Source of the DNA: Somniosus microcephalus
Lineage: Eukaryota
Direction: 5' to 3'
DNA length: 64,000 nt
NCBI GenBank assembly: GCA_052327205.1
Contig: CM126226.1
Span: 54,622,001 to 54,686,000 of the forward strand
Below, one piece after another: positions 21,531 through 35,868 of this stretch (positions within the stretch are counted from its first letter, which is position 1; each line of letters starts with the position of its first letter). The translations under genes and the position numbers were made by a program. A model generated the notes under the pieces. That model made no database searches and was not told the DNA's origin. It saw only the letters and a program-made list of their open reading frames with translations.

Positions 21531-21732
21531 ACAAATGGCATTTATGTCAGACTCATGTCCAGTGAAAGTCTGTCGGCACATGCCTTCTCGAATGTCCCAA
21601 AGTTTGCCTGAGGCATCACAGGCACCAGAGATAAAAAGCCTTGTATCAGGGGCAAGAGAAAGGCTCATGACATCACCAGTGTGGCCAGTGAATGTAGTTG
21701 TTTGCTGCCCGGTTTCAATGTCCCAAAGAGCA
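21531..21732 (-). CDS. GNB1: GNB1 coding exon 7 ([14 protein letters not shown]...HESDINAIC)
   Basis: 202 nt, AG/GTAAGT boundaries; overlaps ORF 21486..21668. Confidence 0.97.
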
Positions 21733-22666
21733 CTGATGATGGAAAATATGTAAAATTAAGTAAGTTAGATGCAAAAGAACACTTCAAACGACACCATAAA
21801 TGTACAATACACAAGTAACCTTTAAGATAGTATTTCAACAATCTCAGCCTCCAATATAATATTTCATTTGAGAAATCTAACATTCCAAATTGCGTTTAAA
21901 TTGGCGTAAAACTTTAACCGGAGCGATGTTCTGGGGACGGCCAGACTGAGGAGGCTTGTCACAAAGCAGAATCACGTAAATGTTTCAATTCTGCAACACG
22001 ATTAAACACCACATGGAAATATAAAGCCGCCAAGTATATCCTCCTGATTTCACCCATTTGCTTGAAGACATTAATTAGATTTTTATATAAAACCGCTACA
22101 AGCCAAAGTCAACTTATTTACTGCATCCTATCATTTGGTTCCATGCTCATGGCTGACGGGCTATTTCAATCTTCCGCAAATAGATGGGCTAAGCAAGCAA
22201 GATATAACTCACTTCTTCTGTAATCATGAAACAACTTCTAATATTTGAACTAAGACTGGTATTCAGCCTGGTAGCGGCGGCTTACTGTGAATTATTTATC
22301 CCATATGCTATGTTTAATTTGTAACTATGTCCTCATTTTACATCCATCCAATTTCTTATGACCTTAAAAAGCTCGGATGAAACGTTTTTGCTTTCTTTCT
22401 CCCGAATCTCTTCCCAGTAATTTAGCTTGCCTTTCCTTCCTGTTCTTTAAGGACACAATCTTTGGCGACCTTTTCAAAGTAGACTAAATGCGCATGGCAT
22501 AGAAAAGATGAAATATTCAACATCTTGCCTCGCTTGCATTCAGTACCCTGAATACTGCATGAAAATAAGTTGCTCACTTGACAATGCACTTCAAAGCATA
22601 CTTAAAAAACATGAATCGCTTTATCCATCCAGTCTGCTAGTATTGCCCATGTGGTTCCAACACTCA

Positions 22667-22801
<135 letters not shown>

Positions 22802-22884
22802 TCATCTTTAATAATCCTCCTTCTGTAGTCTAATCAAATAGTTATAAAATACAGTTAACGACATTCATGCAGCAATATGCTGGG

Positions 22885-23132
22885 TGAGGAGAAAGTTCTT
22901 CACTCAGAGGGTGGTGAACCTGTGGAATTCTCCACCACAGAAGGCTGTGGAGGCCAAGTCACTGAATATATAGGAGATAGATAGATTTCTAGACACTAAA
23001 GGCATCAAGGGGTACGGGGAGAGCGCGGGAATATGGTATTGAGAAAGAGGATCAGCCATGATCATATTGAATGGCGGAGCAGGCTCGAAGGGCCGAATGG
23101 CTGACTCCTGCTCCTATTTTTCTATGTTTCTA
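22885..23132 (+). mobile_element. CR1 LINE 3' fragment
   Basis: TTCTTCACTCAGAGGGTGGTGAACCTGTGGAATTCTC and tail TTCTATGTTTCTAT. Confidence 0.88.
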
Positions 23133-23801
23133 TTTTATTCATTTCCTTCTCTCAAGTTATCAACCTCTTGCTGCAGTATGGTTCCATGGACAGCACATGT
23201 CCTTCTGTAACTTACCCAAATGGGCACTGTTTATGGGACAGCCTAGACATCTGGCAAGCTATTCCACCTTGTGGGAATCACAGTTAAGCCCAATCGGGTC
23301 TTCACTCATGGCCACACATGGATTCCCTGCAGGATCCACAGCTGATTTTCCCCTCTAACTCCGGGCTTTGAGGAAAATAATATCCACATTGCTATATGGC
23401 GGAGATCAGCTAACTTGGTAAGAATCAAGGATTGAACCTAGGACTTTCCTGTATGGCTCAGGTACTCAATGTGGCATCAAAGGAGCATAATGCTCCTTAT
23501 CTTACCTCAATACACAATTCTGGAAATAGCAGTGTGAATTTTTTCCCCACTTTTATAGCGCTTACTTACTACAAGTTCAACCTCCACATAGAAGATGGCA
23601 CCTCCCAAGCCTGCAACCTCCACCACCTAAAAAGGACAAGGGCAGCAGGCACGTGGGAACAACATCACCTGCAAGTCCCCCTCCAAGTCACACACCAAGG
23701 AATTCTGTCTGTCTTTGAAGAAAGTTTGAACAGTGTGTTGAACTGCACAAAAGGTTTTAGGAACCATCATCAAATAATCTGTAGTTTCCTCAGTACTTTC
23801 T

Positions 23802-24160
23802 GAACATAGGAGCAGTAGGCCACACGGCCCCTCGAGCCCGCTCCGCCACACGGCCCCTCGAGCCCGCTCCGCCACACGGCCCCTCGAGCCCGCTCCGCCA
23901 CACGGCCCCTCGAGCCCGCTCCGCCATTCAATAAGATTATGGCTGAACTTCGACCTCAACTCCACTTTCCCACCTTATCCCCATATCCCTCGACTCCCTT
24001 AAGTGTCCAAAAATCTATTGATCTCTGTCTTGAATTCCAAAGATTCACAACCCTGAGTGAAAAAATGTTTCCCCATCTCAGTCCTAAATGGCGACCCCTT
24101 TTCCTGAGACGATGACCCCTCATTCTCGACTCTCCAGCCAGGGGAAACGAGCCTCCTAAA
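23802..24160 (-). mobile_element. CR1 LINE 3' fragment containing a 26-bp tandem expansion
   Basis: GESRMRGHRL...RVVNLWNS peptide and CR1 tail. Confidence 0.85.
23819..23926 (+). repeat. Minisatellite, 4 x 26 bp
   Basis: GCCACACGGCCCCTCGAGCCCGCTCC repeated four times perfectly. Confidence 0.95.
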
Positions 24161-25780
24161 TGGTTCCATTTGGATTCTTTCATTCAGTGAATGGGGAACT
24201 GACAGTTCTTCCCATTGGGCTACAAGAGAAAATTGTACACCGAGCCAAGTAACTGCGGAGAAGAATACTTCACGCAGCAAATTTGACTCGTACTTCCAGA
24301 CCAACTGTGGTGGGCTATTGTAGTACCTGGTTATCTAACAGCAGGATTTAGGCAATAGCAGTTCTAAACTGGACAGCAAATTTGTAAATTCAGTTGACCC
24401 AATAGGTCTAATGAGAGCAGCTTCATTTGGGGGGTGCTTTGTAATACAAGTATGTACGTCAGTTATCCAATTACACCGATTCATTCTCTGGAAGGACAGG
24501 TACTACAATTTGCATGGTGATTGCCCATAATTTGCTTGCATGCAAAAAGTCGCATGGCTGTATTTGTAGGTTTCACACAAAGAAATCATGCAAAATTAGT
24601 AGGCAAATGTTGTGGACATTGGTCACCTGAAAGCACTCATCACATTCAATGCTGGATCCTGTCACCAACTGGAAATGCAGCTGAAGCATTGATAACTTCA
24701 GATGATCATAACGTCACTGAAAATAAGTCTTACAAAGACTTTTACAGGGCATCTGCCAAGATTTGTAAACACAATCAAGTATAAAACACTAGGTGACAAA
24801 AGAACTTTATCAAGTGGACACAGACCAAGTTAGGGCTGATGGTACTGATGGGTTTATAAAGAAAGCTACTGTAGTTCAGGATGGGACCTCTCAGACAAAA
24901 TGGGGAAGAGAATTTGACCAAGATGGCTCTGCAGTGCACAAAACTCTTAAAGCAATTATGTCTGCCCCACCGAGAGTATATATTTGCATGTACAAATGAA
25001 CATTGTTAAATGCTAGTCACACTGCAGCATGTTTTAGCAAAAGATCAGCATGAACATGTTGCCATTTTATCATTTGTGAAGGCAAGCTTGAATAATCTTT
25101 GGATTCTTGCAGAACCTAGAACTATTTTTACCTAAATTACAATCATAACAAAAGCTAATCACTTTTTGCAGGGTTTTGCAATATGAGAAATTCCACTATA
25201 AAATCAGAGCACAATCTGAATTTTAAACATTTCAGATTTCCAATTACATTATAATTTGTACTACAAAATAATAAAAATTAATTACTGCCTTGTACTCAGT
25301 CTGTGACATAAGAAGGTTATTAGTATGACAAATATGTATCACCCCTCATCATTGGGCAAGGCACAGCCTTGTGCAGGGTCATAAAGGTCCATTAAAATTA
25401 ATACAAACACCAACTTAGTAGTGTCTTTATTATATGAATATAGCCACAACCTTCAGTAAGGTTTTACAAAGGAAATCTTACTTTGTAAATCAAGCCAATC
25501 ATAATTGGAGCATAAAAACTGTGACTGGATAGAAAATTGTATGGCTAACAGATGTAATAACAGAAAACACTGGAAAGACAAAGCACGTACATCAGCCTCT
25601 GTAAAGAGAATGCCAGGTTGTTGTGTGAAGACTAGAACTCATCAGTAACATTAGGCTGTCTTTTCCAATTCTGACTGACATGCCTTTCTAATGCTTTTAC
25701 TTCATATATCCAGTTTTACTTTCAAGATATGCACAACTACCAAACGTCTTACAACTTCTTTGGAAGTAGCTTGAAGTTTA

Positions 25781-26086
<306 letters not shown>

Positions 26087-27534
26087 CTATTGCTCAGACA
26101 CAAAGAACAAAATGAAATAGTGCCCGATTTCTACTGTATGTTTTTTAAAATAATTTTTCCCTCCAAATCAATTTTAAAAATTCACCTTATTACTTAGCAA
26201 TGTGATCACAAAATTATGAATTTCCTTTATTTCTTTAAATTGAATTTCCACCATTTACCTTCGTGTTTACACGGCCTTGGTTTCACAATGCAGTATTATA
26301 AAGGGTAACTGCATAAACAAAGACTTCAACTCAAGAATCAAATTCTTCCACTGATACTTGGCTGAACATCAAAATTTGCACAATTCAAGAAATGTATGAC
26401 AGGTGTGGTAGCACTTTCAGTAGAATATTTTCAATACCAGACGAGATACTGCATTGCTGTCACTCCAAGACTTCACAAGTTCAAGGAAACCAACTAAACA
26501 AAAAAATCAAACACTCAAACATGTGAAAATAAACCCCCCCTCACCAGCTGCATTGAATCTATCTTTAATCCTTCATGCCACCAATCTACAGAATTAAAAT
26601 CGGCATATTTCTTCCTTCTGGAGCACAATATAGATTAGTTATTAATTTCTTAATTTAAATGAATGTTCTGAAACTTCCCATTTTATTACCACAGGATTGC
26701 TTGTGATAACACATTTAAACTCTTAAGCCTGAACAAACGTGTTGGATGAACACACCAATTCCCCTGAAGCCAGTGCAGAAGATGTCAAAAGCAGTTTTCA
26801 GAAGACATCAATTGAGCAGTCTCAATCTAGTTCCTCGTGGGCAGGGCACGCGGCACAAGACTGCCTCAAAATGCAAGGAGTGAATGTGTAGGAAAATGAA
26901 ACAAACACCACTGGAGCAAACTAGCGTGCCCTTTGGAGTTTGTGGTTGAGGCTGTTGGGACAGCGTTACTTGGCATCACGAATATTATATATTACCTGTT
27001 AATGCACCATTGATTCACCAGCACTGAGCGGTGGGAGCTCAAGAATTTTTTTTAAGTTAGATTAAACTGAACCTATTGGAAAAAAGTGTAGTTAATTTAT
27101 GATACTGACCCCAAACAAGTATTCCATTCCCTTGCATTAACATTGTTCACTGTGACAAGCACAAAATTTAAATATTAAAAAGTGGTGCACACACCCATAG
27201 AGTGCAAGAAAATGTCACTAGGTCAAAAGATCCCGATTAGTTCAAAAGCAGTTTAACAAAAAAAAAATTGCATGAACTAATCAGAAACCACCACTGTCCA
27301 CTTAGTTACTGCCCCAGAAACTTCCACTGTATCCTCCAACTCCCCAGGAGCAAAATCACAAGAGATCCATAATTCATACAATTTATAGTGGCAAACAGGA
27401 GCGGAACCAAAATGAGGAGACTTAGTTTCCACCTGAAACTGTAAGCTTCGAGAAACCAGGACAAATGAAACCCACTTTTCTCAGGAGATTCAGTTTAAGC
27501 CAACTTTTTAAAAAAAGTCACACGTAATAATCTG

Positions 27535-27915
27535 AATGGCAGTTGGAGGGGTGGGTGAGGGTCTGGAGGGGAAGGCGGATGAGAGTGGGGCTTGTGGTAG
27601 CCTTTTATGCCAATGCAGCTTTCTCTCTTCTCCAACAGGAAAGGGGACAGCACCAGAGACGAGGGAACCATTTACAACATCAGCTAGCATAGAGGCTAGG
27701 AAGGGAAGTTGGATGGTCAGCTGTTTAGTGGCAATAGTGGGAGGGAGCAGGAGGTGTGTCTCATGGATAAGGTGAGCTTGCAGAGTGCATGAGGGGAGAT
27801 GGAGAGGCTAGAGAAATGTGTGGGTTTAGGGCTGGGAGAGTCTGGTTGAGGGGGCGGGGGTGGAGAAAGGTTTGGCTTGTTGGGCAAGGGGAAAGCAGCA
27901 GAAACTCGCTGACTT
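27535..27915 (-). mobile_element. Degraded L2-like fragment
   Basis: Purine-rich block similar to 56030-56180. Confidence 0.55.
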
Positions 27916-28679
27916 TAAGGTAGAGCTGTCACTGTACAACTTTCAAAAATACGTCGGCAGTGAAAATGATGGGTTTGGTGTTTCTCCCATCTGAAAGTGT
28001 TGAGTTTTTGTAATGCCTTTTAATAACATTTAGTATGGTCATATTTTTGCTGCACTATAGCAACAAATTCTTATTGAGTGCGAAGTCCAGGGTTTTAAAA
28101 GATGAAATAGTTAATGGACTTATTACAAATACTTTAAAGTTACTCTAGTTTAAGAATACAGACATATTAGTGACTTATAACACAAGACATAATAGCTGTT
28201 TGAGAGAATTGCCACATATAGCTTGTCAATGTTATGTTTGTTAACTCAGTTTCAAATATAGTGAGTATGGCATCATCATCCTGTACTATAGATGAACCGG
28301 CCTCTGAAAACTGCTGCAGTGCAGCACCGCCACACAAAAGATTTCTATCTGACTGTATGCCAACACCATTGTGCAGTCAGCAAATAGATACTGAACGTTT
28401 CAATACTTCTATGCACCTTCTGAAAACACTATACATACAACCACTGATAAAGTTCAAGCCTGCAGCTGTTTACATGTACAATTAAAAAAATATAAAAAAT
28501 ATTCCATCAAAATCTTTAAACTTTCTTTCACCACGTTTCATTTTAATTAAATTGGAGAAATTCCACCAAAACTCATCTCTGCTAGGGTATTTAATGCGTT
28601 ATTTAAGTCCTAGAAAACACACTTTTGAGGGAATGCCCAAGCAGAAAGTTATGGCTCGGATTTATAATTACTTTCACCC

Positions 28680-29010
28680 AATATTTTCTCCTTTCTCGAA
28701 GGCAGTGACTCCTACTCTATAGGTGTCAAGAGCCATTCCATACCCCAGACAAATGACCATTTGTGTAACTGAAGGCAGTGGTCATCAGCAGCTTTGTTGA
28801 CCACGGAGGACATAACTGAGCCTGGTCCAGTCACAACCTGACATTCAGAGGGCTATCAGGAGTGGGAACCATGGCTGACTTTTCCCCTTCCTAAACTAGG
28901 GCTACAGGTCAGTTTAGTGCATACACATTGGGATTAAACCTAGGACCCTTCATGTTTGCATGGTTTAGTTATACACCAGGTGATGCTTTAACCCACAGAA
29001 CTACTAGAGG
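28680..29010 (-). mobile_element. Old unclassified SINE-like repeat; related pieces near 14290-14570, 23140-23470, 32385-32540 and 48420-48650
   Basis: Shared motifs GAGTCACTGCCTTC, GGCTGA(C/T)TTTTCCCCT and GGATT(G/A)AACCTAGGAC between copies. Confidence 0.45.
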
Positions 29011-29185
29011 CAATTTTACAAATTTTAAGGTTGTATAAGTACTGTGATCCATGCGGTCAAATACTGCAGCTAAACAAAATTAGTGGCCAAGGTTTTCAAG
29101 GTGTTGTGGGTATATTTTGAATGCTTGTTTGTAGTGTTAAGTGTAGCTATGGAAACTTTTGAGCCAAATTCAGTTCCAAAATTCA

Positions 29186-29299
<114 letters not shown>

Positions 29300-32017
29300 T
29301 CAGAATTATCTGGAACAAGTCCAAACAGTTCAAAAGTGATCTTTAAATTCTAAAATATATTCAAGTACTTTTACACTTCTTGTATATACCCTATAAACAA
29401 GTTTACAAGACAGTTTTCGGAAATTACTACCCACAGGTGTATGCTGCACATGACAAATATAAGCAGCGTATTCCCCAAAACATTTGATTACCACGCAGTT
29501 AAACACAGGACACAGGACAAATCACAAGGTTCATATCTGCTTTTACTTCACTCAGATTAAAGCTCTCTCAAAATGACTGCACTCAAGATTTTCTCAGTCA
29601 TATGCGTTAAACAAGTCCAGTGAAATACTAAAATGATTTAAAACTGCATTTCTTGAAAAAACATCAATGTGCCAAAAGTCAGTGGTAGCAGTACTTTGCC
29701 TTTATTATTTCAGATGTAATTTTGGCATTTCAGATTCCATGTAGAAAGTGCACACTGGGTTTCTGCATTGCTCAACACCAAACTTTTCTAAAAACACGTT
29801 ATTATAAAGGCTCTTCTTACTCATCTTTTACTTAAAAGATTTCATATTAATTGACTGAGCTTAATGTTTTGAGAGAAACATTACACTACACTTTAGGCAC
29901 ATAAATTGTACCTGTTTTATATACTAATATACTTCGTGCAATCAGCCAGCTTCAACTTGGTGCGTTATTGCACTTGGCACTCAGGTGGCAGTGCAATTAT
30001 AGAAATTAAGGCAAATGTCATTGAACAGTACTAAGCAGAATTACATTTTCTAATGTCATCATAATACAGACAAAACAGTGAAGAATTTAACATTTTTTCA
30101 CATTATCATAACAGTAAATGATTCTCGTGACAGGCGCAGCTATACACACCTGGGATCTTCCCATGTGCGTCATTAATTATCAAGGGTTTAATAACTTGGC
30201 GCAAAAACAATGACAGGCTGCAACACTGTGAAATCTAAATGATGAAAAACTAATTCTGCTTTGTGTATGCTTTTGCATTTTCTTAGTTAACTGACATCCA
30301 TTTTAGAATGGGACCAAACAAGGGCTAAAGCTGAAATACACAGTGATAGTTCTTGGCGCTTTTCCTTATAGCTGTTTATTTTAATCCCATTTTACTTACG
30401 AAAACTTTGATAAGTCACATTAACCTAATCGTTATGCAATTTAGCTTTCTGCATAATGTTGCTACTGTTAAGGGGCAATTATTCTACCAAATTTAATCTT
30501 CAAATACAATGCATCAAATTAGGGTGCTTCTTTAAAATCTATATTCATTCAGTAATTAGGATCTTTTATTATAAAATGTATGAGATTTAAATCCACAGTG
30601 GAGTGGCCGATACCTATCAAATTTAATGCCCCATTCCATAAATATAAAACACTTGATTTACAAAAAGTACTTTGTGTGTCATGTGTTATTTTCATGAAAC
30701 ATAGCCATAAACAGCAGCTGGAAGAATTGATAAACAGCAAGCCAGCTGACTGCAAGTGCAGGAGGACTCTGTCGAGTAACTGCTTCGCTAACATATAAGC
30801 AATGGAATGTTTACTAAAACTGGTGTTCCAAAAAGCAAGCTTGAGTAGTGACCATTTTGGAAACAATAAATACATCTCTTACGGAGTTATATGCAACTGC
30901 TAAGTGGATGGCCATAGAATAAATATCTAAACTATATTAATGCAAAACATGGTGAATGAACAAAGGGAACATTTTATTTTGCTTGTTTGCTACTACAATA
31001 TTACAAAGTTGCAGAAATGCTGGGTCATACTGCTCATCTACAGATGAACAAGCCATTCCTTGATGGGCTCTAGGGTGTACGTGCATCTGAACACATAGCA
31101 GTTAGATTTCCCTAATGGTCTAATCCACACCTGCTTCAGTTTAATTAGCTGGAGTTTTGGTTTGTGTATTTATGCATCTGTATTTCCAAAATCTGTATGC
31201 TTTAACCCTTCTTTACATGAAGCATTATCTTGTGTTGAAAATGAAAATCCTTCCAATGTCAGAATATGAAAGACTTAAAATATAATTTCTATGCATCTAT
31301 TATGTTGCATTAATATTAAACCTTTTGTTGGCATTAGTTTTTGTTCCTTTTGTTGTCTTATTTCAGCAAATCTGGTTTGACTGAATACTGGTACGGATTG
31401 CTGAAATGTGCACAAGTATGAAAGCAGCCAAACAAGTTTCTCATGAAAAATAATTACATTGCGATTGATCTTATGAAGCAACGGTATATTCCAGTCAGTG
31501 CTGAGCTTGTAATGCTTACATACTTAAAATTTTAGTGGCAATCAGCATCACATAAATGCGGACGTTGCATACATGAATAATAGGACAAAGCTGTCCGCAG
31601 GGCACATTTGAATGTTATTAGGTTAAAGTCAACCCCCCACCCAGAATAGATCCAGTGCTAAGTAACTAGAAATATGGTCCCCTATTAGATCACTTACTTC
31701 AAACTTTGGTAGCAAGTGCACTGTATTAAAAACACTATACGGTTAACATTTCATAAGAATGTTTTCACAGAATATCACTCAATTGTTTATGTTGCGCGTT
31801 GGTCTCTCTCCAGAGTCATTAGGTAATGAAAACAGGCCTTTTGGGGATATAAGCAGCAAACAAAATTCCATTTAAAATGGCGCTGTGCCAATGACTAGAT
31901 TGCCTGTACCCTCAAAAATAAAAAAAAATATCTAATGAACTTATTTGATCCCATGCTACTGCTCTACAGTCACTATCCATTTGAATCAATGCTAACACTT
32001 AGAAAACAAGAGAACTA

Positions 32018-32137
<120 letters not shown>

Positions 32138-32574
32138 CTACAAAGAAGGGAAAAAGAAAAAGTGACTTGCATCATATCAATTATTTCACAAGAATTTTAG
32201 AAACTACCACAATAACCAAAAATCTGAAAACGTCCAGTTATTGAAAGATTTTTTCAGTAGCTAAATCAACAAGCTTGACTGTATTTATGAAACTGAACAT
32301 TTTGAGAAAGTAAACAAGTTAATGAATCAAATGTGAGACTGGTCCACAGTCAGGTTCTTTTCTGAGTAAGGATGATTGAAAGACAATGACGAGAAGCTCT
32401 GATGGACTCCCGAACATTCTCCTGAGACCAGGCACTCCTCCCCAGTGAATTGCAGGACCCCACTGCTATCCAAGCTGAGATCAGTTAACTCCAGAGAACA
32501 GGGATTGAAACAAAGGTCATCCTGGTTTGTGTTTTAGTACTAGGCAGAAAGTTTTTAAAAAGTGGGAAAATAAC

Positions 32575-33062
32575 AGAGTATAGAGGAGATTTACCAGGAT
32601 GTTGCCGGGACTGGGGAATTCTAGCGATGAGGAAAGATTGGATCGGCTGGGGTTGTTTTCTTTGGAACAGAGGAGGCTGAGGGGAGACTTGATTGAGGTG
32701 TATAAAATTATGAGGGGCCTAGATAGAGTGGATAGGAAGGACCTATTTCCCTTAGCAGAGAGGTCAATAACCAGGGGGAATAGCTTTAAAGTAATTGGTC
32801 GGAGGATTAGAGGGGAGTTGAGGAGAACTTTTTTCACCCAGAGGGTGGTGGGGGTCTGGAACTCACTGCCTGAAAGGGTGGTAGAGGCAGAGACCCTCAT
32901 CACATTTAAAAAGTACTTGGATATGCGCTTGAAGTGCTGTAACCTACAGGGCTACGGAGCAAGAGCTGGAAAGTGGGATTGGGCTGGAGAGCTCTTTGTC
33001 GGCCGGCACGGACATGATGGGCCGAATGGCCTCCTTCTGTGCTGTAAATTTCTATGACTCTC
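32575..33062 (+). mobile_element. CR1 LINE ORF2 3' fragment
   Basis: ERLDRLGLFSLEQRRLRGDLIEVYKIM...FFTQRVVGVWNSLP. Confidence 0.93.
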
Positions 33063-33979
33063 TAAGTTACTTGACACGAAAAATGAAAGATTCAGGAAAC
33101 ATTAAAAACCTGAGGGTGAAAATATAAGAAACAAATGAACTGTAAAAAGCTTGGAACCCAAAAAGCTGATTCTGAAACATAAAGGGAGTGGGAGATTTAC
33201 GCAGGGGTTGGCAGTTAAAGATGTCACAAGTCACAACCAAGTCCACTCAGTGATTTATCTTTTCTGTAAGGCAAGTCCAGTGTCTGTGGTTAAGTAGGCT
33301 AGATGGACTGAAGGTCATTTCCTGTCTGAAACTAACTAAGTTACGACATGTGTGGTAATTTAAATCATCTTAGAATTTTAAGGACAGAAGTTAGATTAAA
33401 TGCTCCCCATTCTTTGCCAAACCCTCACCTCAATGTACAACAAACATTATGCTACTCTATACAACTTTGATGCAACCTTTAAATTAGACCGTAACACAAA
33501 TTATAGATTTAAGTTTGCTTATATAAAAATCCTATAGACCAGTTCTAACATTATGCATCCTGGGCCTAAGTGGTGGCAGATGGCAAATACAAACCATGTT
33601 AGCTCTCTGTTATACTGCCGTTGACTTATATACTGCAAGATGAAAAGAAAAACTAAGTTAACTGCAACTATTTCTGAAGACATCATTTTTTTTGCCTGAA
33701 TCTTCCTGCCACATTACAGAACGTATAGGATGAAAATTAAAATCCAACGGTAGAAATGGAAAGAAAAAGAGCTCATCGACTGAATGTTGAAACAAGTGAA
33801 TCTAGCCATCTTTGGAGTTTTTGCTGGCTTGTACATTGTGTGAATTTCTGGGCCAACAATTCAAGAAAATAAAAGATTAAAAAAGAGGAAATACAAACAT
33901 TTCACTGGCCATGATATCTATCTGGATAACTCTGCAGTATAAATCACAGAAATCCATTCAAAACCATGCTATATTTATA

Positions 33980-35270
33980 GAATCAGAGAATTCACTGCAC
34001 AAGAGATGTAGTTTGGGCCATTACAGCGGTGTTAGCGGGGGATAAAATGGCTCCAATCCACTTTCCCTTTTTAAAATACGTATTCAACTTTCCTTTAAAT
34101 GTTAGTCATTGCCTCAATTGTCACTTTTGACAAGACTTATTCTAATAACCAAGAAAAAATCTCCCAATATCCCCCTTTCATTACTCTGGGGATAATCTTG
34201 TTTTATGAATCCTCAACCAGTGGAAACAGTATTTCATTAATTACTTTCTCAGAACAGCAATTTTATAAACTATTCGATCCCTCCCCCTTAAGCTTCTCTG
34301 TTTCCAATTAAAATTGCCCCAATTGGTTTTATTTTCTTCATAACTATGACCTTTAATTCCTGGTATAATTAGTGAACTCCTCCCATGACTAATATCATTC
34401 CTCTAATGGGATGCCCAGAACTGCAAACAGCCACAGGCTAACCAATGGCTTCTACAATTTATCAACCGCTTGCGTATAAATTCCCCAGATTTAAAACCCA
34501 GAATCCCATTTGCTTTTCTGTGCCCTGTTCTACCTGTACTGCCACTTTTAAAGTTGTATCTGCACTTTGACAGGTCTACAGATAATATTTATTCTCTACT
34601 CTTAAGAATCCTCCTATTTAGGGCATATTTCCTTTCACTGTTCTTTGCTCCCTGCCCCCCCCCCCCCCAAAATGTACTGTCGCATTTCTCTTTACTGAAC
34701 TGCATTGGCCACATGCCTATTTCACCAACCTGTTTATGTCCTCCTGCAGTTCCCGGAATTCTTCCTCACAGTTTGCAATGCTCCCTAGTTTGATAGCACC
34801 CAGCAAACCAATGTTATTCCTCCTCTGTCTACATCCAAATCATCTATATAAACAGCGACAGTTGGACAGGGTCGCAGGACAGATCTCCGAGGCACACCAC
34901 TAAGCATGCTGTCAATGTTAAAAATGCATTTACTCCTATTTTCTGCCCTTCAACCATTTGCTACTGCTGCAGCTACATTCTCTTCAATACCCCGTGCTTT
35001 AATTTTTGCAGGTTTCTTCCACGTCATCTTATCAAATGCCTTTTGAAAATCCACATATACAACATCCACTGCATTGCCTTTATCAATTCATACTCCAATT
35101 TCCTCAACAACAAAAAATATCAATTAAGTTAGCCAAACACAACCCTCCCTTTACAAATGTACGCTGCTGGCCTGACTAGCCCGTATCTTTTTAAGTGTTC
35201 ACTAATTTATGTACTCTAGTTTAACCACAACTCACTAACGAAAGTATCATTTTGTAGGTATCCTTTCCCT
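33980..35270 (-). mobile_element. Old, degraded CR1 LINE (RT region to tail)
   Basis: Remnant encoding VDVVYVDFQKAFDK on the minus strand near 35030-35070 and other ORF2 traces. Confidence 0.65.
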
Positions 35271-35389
35271 TTCTTGAACAGGTACACATTTTCTGAAGCT
35301 TTTAAAATAAATTACTTAAAATATCAAAAGATGGACAAGCTTGCAAAGAATCTAATGATCCAAGTATGAATCAGTAACTATATCCTTAC

Positions 35390-35428
35390 CTGGGCCAGAG
35401 TGGCATCTGCACATGCTTTCCTGGCATC
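35390..35428 (-). CDS. GNB1: GNB1 coding exon 2 (DARKACADATLAQ)
   Basis: 39 nt, AG/GTAAGG boundaries; CADATL fits GNB1 better than GNB2 or GNB4. Confidence 0.96.
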
Positions 35429-35584
35429 CTGAAAAGGAAAAACAGACAACAAATCATAATGCACAAGCGTATTGCAATGCAAGTCCATCCAGAAATAGAT
35501 GAATAGCCCATATAGCATTAATGCAATTCTAACTATCTATCCCTTGCAAAACCCTTTCAATTAGCCAATTTTGATCTTTTTAAA

Positions 35585-35868
35585 TTTCTTGGGATGTGGA
35601 AGACAATGGCAAGGCAGTATTTATTGCCCATCCCTAGTTGCCCCAAGGACATTAAGAGACAACGCGGTGTGGGTCTGGGGTCATGTTCTGGCCCGACCAG
35701 GTAGGGGTGGCAGGACATGTTACACCCAACTGGTTCACTCAACAATCCAGCAGCTTTTATGGTCATTTTTTTGTGTTCTAGGCTGAGATTTATTGAATTT
35801 AATTTCACAACTTGCCATGATGGGATTTGGATTCACAACCTCTGCCATAACCACTGGGCTACTGTAGC
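35585..35868 (-). mobile_element. Old SINE/LINE-tail repeat
   Basis: tRNA-like head on the minus strand and tail GGGATGGGCAATAAATACTGCCTTGCC; related tail at 52990-53095. Confidence 0.45.

Noticed and set aside
23819-23926. CRISPR-like array
   Set aside because: Units are head-to-tail with no unique spacers and derive from a CR1 tail in a vertebrate intron
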